From Eledone cirrhosa (lineage: Eukaryota): a stretch of DNA of 64,000 bases. The position numbers were made by a program, and so were the translations under genes. The stretch lies in the NCBI GenBank assembly GCA_964016885.1, contig OZ024748.1, positions 12,028,001 through 12,092,000 on the forward strand. Direction: 5' to 3'. The first letter of the stretch is position 1. Every line of letters starts with the position of its first letter. Of this stretch, positions 30,650 through 45,376 are shown in pieces. The notes beneath the pieces were generated by a model that made no database searches, was not told the origin of the DNA, and saw only the letters and a program-made list of their open reading frames with translations.

Positions 30650-31100
30650 TATTAAGAGAGAGGTTGGTCATAAATAGTAAGACAGAGATTAGACAGATGT
30701 ATTAAGACAGGGATTAGTCATAAGTACACAGATGGACGTTGGTCATAAGTACAGAGAAAGAGATTAGACAGATGTATTAAGACAGAAGTTAGTCGTATGT
30801 ATTAAGACAACGGTATTTCACGTATATTAAGACAGAGGTTAGTCATATGTGTCAAGACAGAGGTTGGTCATATATATTAAGACAGAAGTTAGTCGTATGT
30901 ATTAAGACAACGGTATTTCACGTATATTAAGACAGAGGTTAGTCATATGTGTCAAGACAGAGGTTGGTCATATATATTAAGACAGAAGTTAGTCGTATGT
31001 AATCAGACAAAAGTTGGTGATATATATTAAGACAGAGGTTAGTCATAAGTACTATCACTGAGGTTAGTCATAAGTACTAAGACATAGGCTAGTCATATGT
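30650..31100. repeat. Degenerate ~25-bp tandem repeat with a ~100-bp exact duplication
   Basis: ATTAAGACAGAGGTTAGTCATATGT-like units. Confidence 0.8.
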
Positions 31101-32305
31101 TCAGAGAAATGGAAGCCCAAAATGAAATATTCTCAAAATCTGAGAAAACTAATTTGTTTGAAGAGAAAAATTATTGAAAAAGAAAAAAAACCAACTTGAA
31201 TTCGATTGATTTGTTTTTAATTAATTGAATATCGATAATGATATATTTGTATTGATTATTGATTTCTCTCTCTCTTTCTCTCTTTCTCACTCTTTTTCTC
31301 TCTCTCTTTATGTCTTTCTCACTTTCATTCTCCACCTCTTTCTTTCCCTCTCTTTCTGTCGCTCTCTATTTCATTCTCCTCCCTCTCTCTTTCTCTCTTT
31401 CTCTCTCTCTCTTTCTGTCACTCTCTCTTTCATTCTCCTCGTCTCTCTTTCTCTCTCTCCTCTTCTACTCTCATTCTTTCACTTACTATCTTTTCTTTTA
31501 CTCATTCATCATATTTCCCTTCTCTTTCATTCTTTCCTTAACTCACTCACCCCCGCCCCCTCTCTCTCTATTTCACTCCTTCCCTCTTTATTTCACCCTT
31601 CATTCTTTATTTCACCGATTCCCTTCCTCCCTCCCCTCTCTCTCTCTCTATATATATATATTTCTCTCCCTCTCTGTCTCACTCCTTCTCTTTCTATTTC
31701 ATTCCTTTCAAGTCTTTTATCCCCCCTTCATCTCTTGTCACTCTTTCTATATTATGTTCTACAAGCGATTATCACCAAACACACCCCCACACACTGACAC
31801 CTACATAACACCACCACTCTCACCACCACCACTATAAACTAAAGACATTGATTACGTTAATCACTAATTAGTGATGATGTTGTTTATAAAGTGAGTTATT
31901 TGCAAGTGAGAGGTGTTAATTAACTGACTTCAAACTGAACATGGAACAGATCTTGGGGCGACATTGGCACATAATATATTCTGCTTCTTTATATATACAT
32001 ATATTTACACACATATATATATACATATACATACATATATATATACATATATATACATATACATACATATATATATATATACATATACATACATACATAT
32101 ACAAACATACGTATGCAAACGTATATATATATATATATATATATATCTATATATATATATACATATATACAAATATATATATATGTGTGTGTGTGTGTGT
32201 ATGTTTGTGTATGTGCGTGTGTGTATGTTTCTGTGTGTATATATATATATACGAGTATACGCCATTGTACATAAAGAAACACACATACAAACAAGACAAA
32301 TACAT

Positions 32306-32344
<39 letters not shown>

Positions 32345-32793
32345 CACACACACACACACACATACACACACACATTTAAACACACTCACACCAATACAAC
32401 ATACATCTAACTACATATGAGTCAACACGAGGGATGTATGTAGTCACCTAAACTTGCTAGAAACACTAGTCAAATCTCCCTCAATCATCACACTTGATGA
32501 AAGAGGTACAGATGGGTTAGATAACGTCGTCCTAGGTTACATCTCTGAATAAGGCTGGATGGTCAGAGAAGGAATGTCTTTGTTCGTAAAGCTGCTCGAT
32601 CAAAGGTGGCCTGGGGCTAAACAACAACAACAACAACAACAACAATAACAATAACAACAACAGCAACAACAATAGCAATTACAGCAATAGCAATAACAAC
32701 AACAATGACAGCAATAACAATAGCAATAACAACAACAATAACAGCAATAACAATAGCAATAACAACAACACCAACAACACCAATAACAGCAAT

Positions 32794-32837
<44 letters not shown>

Positions 32838-33488
32838 CTATAACAACAACGCCAACAACAACAATAACAGCAGCAACAACAACAACAATAGCAGCAACAA
32901 CAACAACAACAACAATAGCAGCAACAACAACAATAACAGCAACAACAACAATAACAACAATAACAACAACAACAACAACAGCAACAACAACAAGACATAC
33001 ACACATATCTTGTCACAACACACCACAACATCCCTGCACTTTACACATCTATTTACACCTAAACATATAAACATACATAACTTTGACACATACATACACT
33101 TGTATTAACACGTTTAGCCACACGTACACACACAGGCCTACAGACACACACACACACACACCCACACACACACACTCTCATGCATGTACATATATAGTTA
33201 TCTACACAAACACACTCACATACATACACATTTTCAAACACGCTCTCACACATTTACAAATTCACACCTTCACACATACATACATATTTACACACATACA
33301 TATTTACACACACTTTCTCACACTTACACACATCTATAAGCACCTATAGTTTTCACACACATACGCACACATCTAAACACACACACACACACACACACAC
33401 ACATCTAAACACACACACACACACACACACACACATCTAAACACACACACACACACACACACATCTAAACACACACACACACACATCT

Positions 33489-33524
<36 letters not shown>

Positions 33525-33974
33525 CTAAACACACACACACACATCTAAACAAACATATCTTGATGTGAAAGTGTGACTACGGCAATGATAAAATCTGGTA
33601 TTGACGTGAGGGATGTGTGTGTTTATGTGTGTGTATGTCTTTGTCTATGTGTGCGTGTGTGTGTATTTTTGTGTGTATGTATGTGGATGTATGTCTGAAT
33701 ATGTGTGTGTTTCTGTGTATGTATGTTTGTGTGTATGTGTGTACGTGTGTATGTGTGTGTACATGTGCTCGTGTTTGTGTATTTTTGTGTATATATATAT
33801 ATACATGTATGTGTGTATATATGTGTATGTTTGTGTGTTGAAATAGAGAGGAGGGGGGACAAAGAGAACAGAGAGGGTTGAGAATGTGTATAGAGAGTAA
33901 GTATTGACGGGGAGTGTATGAATAGAGAAAGGGGTTAGGGTTAGGGTATTATACAGAGAGATAGAGAGAGAGCA

Positions 33975-34006
<32 letters not shown>

Positions 34007-34012
<6 letters not shown>

Positions 34013-34745
34013 GCTACGGGGGTGGTAGTAAGAGATGGAGAGGGAGAGAGAGAGAGGTGCTATCGGAGGTCGGAGGTGGTAGTAAGAGATGGAGAGAGAG
34101 AGAGCGAGGTGCTATCGGAGGTGGTAGTAAGAGATGGAGAGGGAGAGAGAGAGAGGTGCTATCGGAGGTGGTAGTAAGAGATGGAGAGAGAGAGAGAGAG
34201 GTGCTAACGGGGGTGGTAGTAAGAGATGGAGAGGGAGAGAGAGAGAGGTGCTATCGGAGGTGGTAGTAAGAGATGGAGAGGGAGAGAGAGAGAGGTGCTA
34301 TCGGAGGTGGTAGTAAGAGATGGAGAGGGAGAGAGAGAGAGGTGCTATCGGAGTGGTAGTAAGAGATGGAGAGGGAGAGAGAGAGAGGTGCTATCGGAGG
34401 TGGTGGTAAGAGATGGAGAGAGAGAGAGAGAGAGAGAGAGGTGCTAACGGAGGGTGGTGGTAAGAGATGGAGAGGGAGAGAGAGAGAGGTGCTATCGGAG
34501 GTGGTAGTAAGAGATGGAGAGGGAGAGAGAGAGGTGCTATCGGAGTGGTAGTAAGAGATGGAGAGGGAGAGAGAGGTGCTATCGGAGGTGGTGGTAAGAG
34601 ATGGAGAGAGAGAGAGAGAGGTGCTAACGGGGGTGGTAGTAAGAGATAGATAGAGATAGAGAGAGAGAGGTGCTATCGGAGGTGGTAGTAAGAGATAGAT
34701 AGAGAGAGAGAGAGAGGTGCTATCGGAGGTGGTAGTAAGAGATAG
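34007..34745. repeat. ~40-50 bp minisatellite with variable (GA)n
   Basis: GAGGTGCTATCGGAGGTGGTAGTAAGAGATGGA(GA)n repeated ~17 times. Confidence 0.9.
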
Positions 34746-35076
34746 AGTGTTAAAGATCAGTTAATTACTAAGATATTAACCTGATTTATCATCTAATCTC
34801 CAGCTTTCCTTGTTAACATTTCACACAAACACACTTTCTTCATGTTGTCGCTCTCGTCATTATTGTTGTTATTGCTGTTGTTGTTATTGTTGTTATTGGT
34901 GTTGTTGTTGTTATTGTTGTTATTGCTGTTGTTGTTGTTATTGTTGTTATTGTTGTTGTTATTGTTTTGTTATTGTTGTTTCGTTAGCAATCAATTATGA
35001 TTTCTTCTTCTTCTTCTTCTTCTTCTTCTTCTTCTTCTTCTTTCACACCAATGTTTTATTTTCAATTAAGATCCTA

Positions 35077-35201
<125 letters not shown>

Positions 35202-35763
35202 TATATATATACATATTTAATTAGATATAATTAAATATACCTTCTTATACATTCCAAATGATGCATCATACGCTATTTGGTGCTTCATTGATTACCATTA
35301 ATTGTAATTAATTGCAATTAATTGACTTTTGTTGCCTGCAAGTACACGTATTATGCAAATCGGACAAACCGATTTAGCGACATCATTTATATGTAGTAAA
35401 TACAAAAGGTTATTTACTATATATATAACCTATATCACTGCTCGTTATCAGATGGAGTCGGATATATGATCACTGAGGAAGACTGCAAATAGAATCGAAA
35501 CCAGCCAGTTACGCCGACTCTTAGTTTCCCATCTACGGCGGGATAAGTATATTGAAAGATATTTTACATGTGTTTTAAATTACTCGTCACACTGATGGTT
35601 AAAATGTGTTTCGTTTATCATTAAATAATAATTTTACTAGACTTCTAGACATTGCAAATAGCTGAACATATGGTGTTTAGTGTATCATTTATATATATGT
35701 GTGTAAATGTATACACGTGTGTGTATATATGTATATATGTGTGTGTATATGTGTATGCATATA

Positions 35764-35796
<33 letters not shown>

Positions 35797-35959
35797 GTAT
35801 ATATATGTATATATATGTACATATATGTATATATATAGATATATGTATATATGTATATATAGGAATGTATACATGTATTCATACATATATACATATATGT
35901 GTGTATGTATGCATGAATGTATATATATACATATATACATATATATATATGTGTAAATC

Positions 35960-35998
<39 letters not shown>

Positions 35999-36385
35999 GT
36001 GTATATATAAGAATGTATATATATATATATATACTCGTATATTTCGTTATTTTTCGTTCCAAGTTCATATCATGCTAATGATGTTGACTTTGTTACATAA
36101 TCAACCCATTGATGGATTATCTGTGCCACCCAAGTAGGCCTCGGGGAAGGGATTTATCTATAATATAGAACACACTAAATGCGAAACTCCGTACACATAC
36201 ACACACACACATACACACACAGACACACAGACACACAAACACACACACTTACACATACAAATAAACAAATAAAAATATATATCTTTCTATACAAACTAAA
36301 TATGATTCTTCTCTACTAACGTATTGAGTACTCCATTTAACTAGGGTTTCTTTCCGATACCCTTCGGAAAACAATATATATATAT

Positions 36386-36570
36386 AACAAAGAGGGTGTG
36401 GTAAGATACCAGGTGGACCATAACCCACCAGAGTACTCAATACGTAGAGTAGGTATTAGGAAAAAGAGTCAGGAACCCGAGCTCGGGCCGTTTCGACAGC
36501 TAAATGCGAACACTTCGGATCTAGCTGTCGAAATGGCCCGAGCTCATCTGTCGGGGTCCTGACTCTTTTT
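36386..36570. mobile_element. Family B palindromic element
   Basis: AAAAAGAGTCAGGAACCCGA...TCGGGGTCCTGACTCTTTTT inverted arms; tail carries GTACTCAATAC. Further fragments at ~27945-28101. Confidence 0.7.
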
Positions 36571-36944
36571 TTTACAGAGAGGTTAAACTCCGAGGTATAA
36601 AAAGCTGAGGGCTGTCGTTGTATTTTCTGTGGCAAGCATTTGCACCGAAGATTTGTGTCGTCAGTTCCAAAAAAGTGTGGTTGGTCCTACACAAGTCTTC
36701 ACCACTTAAAACAAAAATTTGTGTGAGTAGTTCAACATCAGTTCACTTTCTCACATCAACTTTTGTTGGACACTCATAAGTCGGATATCGACGGGAGTCC
36801 ATCACATATATATATATATATATATATATGGATATGTATATATATATATATATATATATAGTTAATTTTTTAGTAAAGTTAATTTAAGTAAAGTTAATTT
36901 TTTAAAATTTATTTTGAAACTTTTTCATTATTTGCTAAACCTTG

Positions 36945-37035
<91 letters not shown>

Positions 37036-37240
37036 GTATATGTATACATATACATATTTAATATTTTGAATAATATATATATATATATATGTATACATAT
37101 ATATGTATATATATATATATATGTATACATATATATTAACAAATGAAAAATATTCTCATAATCAAAATATATACTTTATTATATCTGCCAATACTGGAAT
37201 TGAACAATCAAGACCGTAGCGGTATGTCATATATCAAATC

Positions 37241-37312
37241 ATATATTTTGTCTGATGAAGACGTACTGAAAAAACAACACAATACCTCCGAAATATATAT
37301 AATAAAGTATAT
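37241..37312 (+). ncRNA. Degenerate hammerhead ribozyme (family C relative) inside an inverted-repeat element 37133-37346
   Basis: ATATATTTTGT-CTGATGA...CC-GAAAT-ATAT-ATA|ATAAAGTATAT. Stem I is intact but stem II pairs poorly. Confidence 0.5.
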
Positions 37313-37468
37313 ATTTTGATTATGAGAATATTTTCATTTGTTAATATTTTGAATAATATTAAAAAGTCCATGAAATTTTTTTTTAGTTGAGTGCTTCTAA
37401 TCTATTGTAAAATTGTATTCATTGAGTATTCAACGAACCATACTAATCTTTGGTTATATATATATACA

Positions 37469-37506
<38 letters not shown>

Positions 37507-37575
37507 TTGCTTCATGAAACTCCGAGTAACTACATAATAATATAGTATATTTACCTCTTTCTTTACACATACAGG

Positions 37576-37650
<75 letters not shown>

Positions 37651-38499
37651 GTTTGCATATATGTCCAACATGATGTAAGGTTCTCTGTAATATCTCGTTA
37701 CGTCATATATTCTCGCGTTATCTCGTGTCAAACATCACTAACTATCTCGTAGTTATCACAATTATCTCCAATTACATTTAACGACATCTTTGGTTTACAT
37801 TCCTGCTGTTATCTCGTCTTATCTCGTTTAACCACACGTTATCTTGTATTAAGCCAGTTCATCCGGTTTAATTTTAAAGCCGCCTAATTTCATGTAACTA
37901 ATAAAATACGAATAAAATGGCTGCAGCGAAAAGAAACCATTTATGAAACGCCCGAGTTTCTAATGGATTTTCTTGTAGCATTTATTGTTATTGTTGTTAT
38001 TGTTGTTGTTGGCTGTGTTTGTTGTTGTTATTATTGTCGTTGCCACTGTTATTATTGTTATTGTTGTCGTTAGCACTGTTTTTGTTTTTATTGTTGTCGT
38101 TAACACTTTTTGTTGTTATTGTTGTTGTTGTCATTGGCATTGTTATTTTTGTTATTGTTATTGTTGTTATTGTTATTGTTGCCACTGTTTTTGTTGTTAT
38201 TGTTATCGTTAACTCTATTGTTGTTATTATTATTGTCGTTGGCACTGTTTTTGTTGTTATTGTTGTCGTTAACTCTATTTTTGTTATTATTTTTGTTACT
38301 ATTTTTGTTGTTATTGTTGTAGTAACCTTGTGTATCGTATTTATATTTTATTCTATCGAGAGTAAGTTATTTTCGGAATCAACTTTTAATCTATTTCCTG
38401 ATAATTGTTTCCTCTGAAAAGCATCAAGTACCATATTTTGTGGAGGAGTTGAATTGTAGTTAATTATAGTAACCCTTCCAATACTTCCCTCCCAGAGAC

Positions 38500-39040
38500 A
38501 TAATCCCGCCGAAGTTAGCTTTGACTTTCATCCTAACGGGTTCGATAAAATGAAGTACCAGTAATGCACTGGGATCGGTTTAATCGACTTTTCCTTTCCC
38601 TCAAAGGCTTTTGGGGAGGGAAAAGTCGATTTAATTACTGGTACTTTATTTGATCGACCCTGTAAGTATGAAAGGCAAAGCTAAACTCGGTGAGATTTGA
38701 ACGTAAAGGACCGTAAATCTATGTTGTAAAGCATGGTGTCCGACGCTCTACCGATACTGCAACAATAATAATAATAATTGTTTCTACTTTAGGCACAAGG
38801 CCAGCAATTACCCAGTGCATTACTGGTACTTTATTTTATCTACCCCGTAAGGATGAAAGGCAAAGTCAACCTCGGCGGGATTTGAACTCAGATCGTAAAG
38901 GGACGTAACTATACTGGAAAACATGGAGTCCGACCCTCTACCGATACTGCCAATCCAATAATAATGGTTTCTGATTCAGGTACAAGGCCAACAATTTTGG
39001 GGGAGGGGAAAGTTGTTTTAAATCAACCCCAGTGTGTTAC
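38500..39040. mobile_element. SINE family 1 cluster, both orientations
   Basis: One + partial copy and two - copies of the same consensus. Confidence 0.75.
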
Positions 39041-39340
39041 AATATTGACAATAATAATAGGCAGTAATTTTCAAGTGAAACCTTGGGTAAGTTATTTTGT
39101 GAGGATGCAGTGTAGTCAGTCATTTTAATATGGCTGCCGTCGTTAAACCGACAGAAGGTCTGGTGACGTTATTGGTTAACTAATATGGCGGATATAATAT
39201 TATGTTGCCGTTGTAGACTACATTGATATTGGGTGTTATTTGACGGCGTCTAATTAGCCAGTCTCTCTCTCTCTCTCTGTATATGTACAGTTTATACACA
39301 CACATACTCATATATACATTCATATACATACACATATGTA

Positions 39341-39457
<117 letters not shown>

Positions 39458-39537
39458 TAATTCCTTAATAGAATAACTTCACGCTCTTGCATATAATTAC
39501 ACGTGTCAAATTTTAAGTATAAATGCACACACATATT

Positions 39538-39568
<31 letters not shown>

Positions 39569-39582
39569 CATACATACATGCA

Positions 39583-39616
<34 letters not shown>

Positions 39617-39628
39617 TATATACATGCA

Positions 39629-39696
<68 letters not shown>

Positions 39697-39832
39697 AACA
39701 CACACATATATATACATACCTTTACGTGTGTGAATCTACCTAAAAACATATGCGCTAATCTTGTTATCTCCAGACGAACTAATTCATTCCTTCATTTAGA
39801 TACCATGCACACAATATATATATATATATATA

Positions 39833-40037
39833 TTGAGTGGTTAGAGAATTGGATTCGCAATCGTAAGGTTGTGAGTTCGATTCCAGGACCTGGCTATGCG
39901 TTATGTCCTTGAGCAAGACACTTTATTTCACGTTGCTCCTTCTACCTGGAGTTACGACCGATAGATAGTATTAGCAATTGGAAAGAGCAACGGAAACATT
40001 GTTCCCTCGGTCCGATTTGACGAAAGTCGATCGTTCC
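39833..40037 (+). mobile_element. tRNA-derived SINE family 2 (also ~27538-27730)
   Basis: GAGTGGTTAG...GAGTTCGATTCC head followed by GTCCTTGAGCAAGACACTTTATTTCACGTTGCT, shared between copies. Confidence 0.7.
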
Positions 40038-40469
40038 TATATATATATGTATTTTGTGTATGTGTGTGATTTGTTGTTGATATATATATAAAATGACCAC
40101 TTCATTCCTTTGTCCATTCATGGTCGAATTATATACCAACAATTCATGATGCTAGCAACTATTATACACTGTGTGTCTAAACAAGTAGAAGTATTTAGTT
40201 CAACGATGGCTGATGAAGTGAAAAGTCACCGATATCGCTAGATGTCACACAACCTAACTTGTGAATAATGTACTATACTTTCTTTATGTAGAAAAATTGT
40301 GACCCATTCTTTTTCTTTAATTTATTCTAATTCACATAGACATAAAATCATAACACCGACTACCAGCAGAGTCATTGTGCACTCTCATTGATTTAATATT
40401 TCGCCTAAATGAACTGAGATAGTACAGAAGATTGTGCTGCCAAAGTTCAAGCATGTATACCTACTAAAC

Positions 40470-40562
<93 letters not shown>

Positions 40563-40571
40563 CCAATATAA

Positions 40572-40774
40572 GCTTGTCTTTATTTACTTATATCGAAACA
40601 GACAAATTGTATTCACTTTAATTAGTTTATTTCGTTCTAGCTAACTTTGTCTCTTACAATACAAACACGTATGTGTTTATCATATATATTAATATATAAC
40701 TTGTATTTCACTGCTCGGAAATGCTTCTTTCTTTGAGCTGATTAATTGTAAATGACTTTGAGTTTAATCTCTAA

Positions 40775-40785
<11 letters not shown>
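40572..40785 (+). repeat. Dispersed ~210-bp repeat, second copy at ~59393-59605
   Basis: CTTGTCTTTATT.ACTTATATCGA.ACAGACAAATTGTATTCACTTTAATTAG...GAGTTTAATCTCTAAATATAAT in both places. Confidence 0.75.
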
Positions 40786-40822
<37 letters not shown>

Positions 40823-41133
40823 ATAATAAAGTATCAGTAATGCACTGGGTAATTGCTGGCTTGTGTGGCTTGTGCCAAAAGTAGAAACAATTATATATAT
40901 ATATATATAATATTTACACAGGCGTTTATATTCATATATATTATATATATATATATAAATCATTTCTTTTCATATATATTAATGTGCCTTCACACACACA
41001 CACACGCACACACACATATGTATAAATATGTGTGTTTATATATGTACATATATATATATCTTATCTTATCTGATCTATCTATTTATCTATCTATCTATCT
41101 ATCTATTCATATATATATGAACATATATATATG

Positions 41134-41197
<64 letters not shown>

Positions 41198-41368
41198 TTG
41201 TATATAATTCTCTCTCTCTCACCGCTCTCTCTATATATATATGTTTCTATATCTATATCTCTCTTTGTATATACTTCTCTCTCACTCACCCCCTCTCTCT
41301 CTATATATATGTTTCTATATCTATATCTATATCTCTCTTTGTATATACTTCTCTCTCTCTCACCCCTC

Positions 41369-41450
<82 letters not shown>

Positions 41451-42838
41451 GAAATATATAAATATGAAGAAATTGTTAATTTTCCAGTTGAGTTGTCTGA
41501 GCTATTTAATGGTTATTTAGAATTGAGGTAAGTGAGGTAAAACAACTCGAACCTAGTAACTATCGCCAATCAACAGAGTTTACTGTAAGGACTAACCTCT
41601 CCTCCCGGGGGTAATAAAATCTGCAATCTGTAGGTGGCGGATTTTTATGGCCTCACCTCCACAATGGACCAGAAACTTTACAAATATAAAGGTGTGACTG
41701 TATGAGGCTTTGTGGTACTGTGTGTGAAGGTGAGACTGTATGGGCCTGTATGCGTCATTGACTATGTATTAGTAGGTGTTTATATGTGTTTGTGAGAGTA
41801 TTATATATTTTATGTGTGTATATATGTATGTATATATGTATGTATATATGTAATGAATGTATGTACGAACGTACCTAAGTACGCATGCATGTATGTTTGT
41901 ATGTATATGTGTGTATGTATGTATGTATGCAGGTATGTATGTCCATGCGTGTGTATATATCTATGTGTGCATGCGTTTGTATGCTTGCCTGTATTTATTT
42001 ATGTATGTTTTATTTATATTATGCGCGCGCGTGTGTATGTGTGTATGTGTGTATATGTGTGTGTGTGTGTGTGCGTTTGTGTGTGTATGTGAGAAGGTGT
42101 CTTTAGAATATCATCAAGAAAGTCAATATAATAGATGAATTAATAACAGCAGTAACAACAACAATAACAACTATAACAACAACTATAGCAACAATAATAA
42201 CAACAATAACGACCGCATCAATATTTTTAAACCTATTTTGAATAACATGAAGCAAACATGGTGAAAGGCTGTAATGTCTTATTTTGTGGCAAAGACTACC
42301 AAGGGGTATATTCTCTAAAGTGTCCTTCCATGCAAAAAAAAAAAAAATAAATAAACAACAAAAAACAAAAAAACAACAACAACAATTGAATACAATACGA
42401 GTGAAACTTGGCTGTTCTTTTTAACAGTTGAAGAAATCACGTCGAGGCTTCCTTGAGGGAGGAACTGTATGGTCGCCACTGCTTTCTGTTTCTTTCCAGC
42501 GATGTCTTGGTGAGGGCGCGTGGCCTAGTGCAGACATGTCAAACTGAGGGTTCCCCGGGGGTACATAGGTCACATAGGTGTTGTCTGAGGGCCAAACACA
42601 ACAGCTAATTCTGCACATTACAACTAATTTTATTTAATTTTATATTACGAAGGTAACACATGCTCGCGCTATAAAAACCTTTGTCCAGGCTGCAGGTGTG
42701 CTTGTAAAGGCCCTCTCTATATCAATTAGCACCAAACTATCCCCCTCTGTATATCTACTACACAGAACTCTCTTCAAATTACTCTCTCTATATCAATAAA
42801 CACCAATCTCTTCTCCTCTCTATATCTAATATACAACA

Positions 42839-43130
42839 GTAGCGAGAATGGCCCGAGTGAATGGGCCTTCTCTCTATATCAGCCTGTAGGTGAGAGAGGA
42901 GAAGAATGAGGAGAGGAAGGAAGCACCCGCTCTTTGTGCTCCTGAAGAGGAGGGTTGCACATTTTTTCGGGGGTGTGTGCGACCCATGTCAACGCCCCTC
43001 CCTATTGAGGACATCGATTGTTAAATTTAATTTGTTATATGTTTTTTACACGTCTTTTTAAATGTATGTAAACTCCCCCCTTTGTATTTGTCCCAATCTT
43101 TGATGCCCTGGTGGCAAATAAATAGAAATA
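42839..43130 (+). mobile_element. 5'-truncated non-LTR retroposon 3' end
   Basis: Exact 18-bp direct repeat TATATCTAATATACAACA at 42821-42838 and 43131-43148; the insert ends in AATAAATAGAAA. Confidence 0.7.
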
Positions 43131-43365
43131 TATATCTAATATACAACACACTCTCCCAACCTTCCTCTCTATATTAATTACCACCAAACTCTCCCCCTCT
43201 CTCTCTATATATATCTATATCTATCTCTCCCACCTATCTCTACATAACATGTACATAAATCGTAGCGCAGATACAAGTAGATATGTGTTTAGGTAGTTTG
43301 GGAGAAAATATATTTATAGGAAGGAGGGGGGCGGGCAACTGCCCTGTATATATATATATATATAC

Positions 43366-43443
43366 ACAGGATGTCCCAAATATGTATACACACTTCAACA
43401 GCATTCTAATAAGTATGGGAATACATTTTGGGGGAACACATTG

Positions 43444-43445
<2 letters not shown>
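43366..43445. mobile_element. ~80-bp Tc1/mariner-like MITE in (TA)n; relatives at ~61210-61290 and ~23490-23590
   Basis: Imperfect TIRs CAGGATGTCCCAAA..TGTATAC / ATACATTTTGGGGGAACACATTG; interior CTTCAACAGCATTCTAATAA shared with the 61.2 kb copy. Confidence 0.6.
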
Positions 43446-43480
<35 letters not shown>

Positions 43481-43482
<2 letters not shown>

Positions 43483-43679
43483 ACGAAGGAAATGTGGTAA
43501 GGAACCAGGTGGACCATAACACACCAAAGTACTCAATACTTAGGGTAGTAGAGTGGGTAATAGGAACGAGTAGGACCCCGACGGCTGAGCTCAAGCCATT
43601 TCGACGGCTAATTCTGGACGTCCAGAATTAGCCGTCGAAACGGCTTGAGCTCAGCCGTCGGGGTCCTACTCGTTCCTAT
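43481..43679. mobile_element. Family A palindromic element (opposite orientation)
   Basis: Near-perfect palindrome centred on CTGGAC|GTCCAG (~43619), flanked by (TA)n. Confidence 0.75.
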
Positions 43680-43693
43680 ATATATATATATAT

Positions 43694-44097
43694 ATACGAT
43701 ATTAAACAAATGGAAACTATACATATTTCGGGGATACCATATTAAAAATATGGCATGCCTTCATCAGATAAAATACAATATATAAACAGTTTTATAAATA
43801 AATAATTTTGACGTACCATAAATATGAGCGACCATTATGTAGGAAGCTGGTTTGGTAGTATTTATGGTACGTCAAAATTACTTATAAAACTGTTTATATA
43901 TTGTATTTTATCTGATGAAGGCATGCCATATTTTTAATATGGTATCCCCGAAATATGTATAATGAAATAAATATGGTTTTATAAATATAGTTTCCATTTG
44001 TTTAATATCGTATATCTACTCCAAAAACTTTTCGAGTGCTTTATATCAGTTATAAAATATTTACTTGTTGTAACCCAACAATTTTAAATAAAACTTT

Positions 44098-44101
<4 letters not shown>
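43694..44101. mobile_element. Family C inverted-repeat element carrying two opposed hammerhead copies
   Basis: 43694-43824 is the reverse complement (with a deletion) of 43859-44013. The tail ACAATTTTAAATAAAACTTTTGC is shared with the copy at ~24688-24845. Confidence 0.75.
43904..43969 (+). ncRNA. Minimal type I hammerhead ribozyme (family C)
   Basis: TATTTTAT-CTGATGA-AGGCATGCCATATTTTTAATATGGTATCCCC-GAAAT-ATGT-ATA|ATGAAATA. Confidence 0.72.
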
Positions 44102-44155
<54 letters not shown>

Positions 44156-44569
44156 CATATATATATATAAATGTACATATGTATATTATTAAACTTTGGT
44201 GGTTGTGGGGGTGGTGGGGTGATGCTGCCAATAAAAACACATGCACCAGTTAAGTTTCACTTCATTTTCTAATTAGTTAAGTAACTAATCCACACAGAGT
44301 TCAAGTTTTTGTGTTTTTATTGGCAGTACCACCCTCCCTAAACTATAACAATATCCGTTTTAACACACGATTTCACATCAAGAATCTTGCAAAGCAAATA
44401 CCACAATGAAGTCCACACACACACACAAACACACACAAATATAAACACACACACAAACACACAGAGGTATACACATACACACACACACACATATATGTCT
44501 TTATATATATATGCATATATATATATACATATGTGTATATATATATCTTATATATATATAATATATATA

Positions 44570-44614
<45 letters not shown>

Positions 44615-44625
44615 ACACACACACA

Positions 44626-44685
<60 letters not shown>

Positions 44686-44776
44686 TATATATATGTGTGT
44701 GCGTGTCTGTGTGTACATATACATATTATATATACTTATATATATATATATATACATATACATACATACATATATA

Positions 44777-44824
<48 letters not shown>

Positions 44825-44828
44825 TATA

Positions 44829-44874
<46 letters not shown>

Positions 44875-44882
44875 TATATATA

Positions 44883-44944
<62 letters not shown>

Positions 44945-44968
44945 CACACATATATATATATATGTGTG

Positions 44969-45037
<69 letters not shown>

Positions 45038-45342
45038 TTAGACTACACAGTATTATCAGTAATATAAATATCAAGTCTTAAATAAACTCCAGTCACTTTC
45101 AACTTTTTAGTTTTCTGAAAACAAAACAGCAGTGTCAGCTGTAAGCTATGTGTGTGTGTGTGTGTGTACGTACGTGTGTATACGTGTGTATACGTGTGTA
45201 AGTGAGTATGTGTGTGTCTATGCGTGTGTGGGTGTGTCTGTGTGTGTGCACGTGTACGTGTGTATATAAGCTGAATTAACTGTTGTGGAACTATATATAT
45301 ATGTGTGTGTGTATGTGTGTGAGTGTGTGTGCGTGTATATGC

Positions 45343-45376
<34 letters not shown>

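Noticed and set aside
33932-33946. GGGTTAGGGTTAGGG telomeric-type repeat
   Set aside because: Only ~2.5 units; too short to call an interstitial telomere.
35468-35515. CTGAGGA...CGAAAC motif (similar weak cases at ~26280-26315 minus and ~40210)
   Set aside because: Stems I-III could not be paired convincingly; at best decayed ribozymes.
42421-42618. 65-aa minus-strand ORF with basic end (SRKPRRDFF) as a possible homeobox exon
   Set aside because: Wrong strand for engrailed and no homeodomain helices follow.
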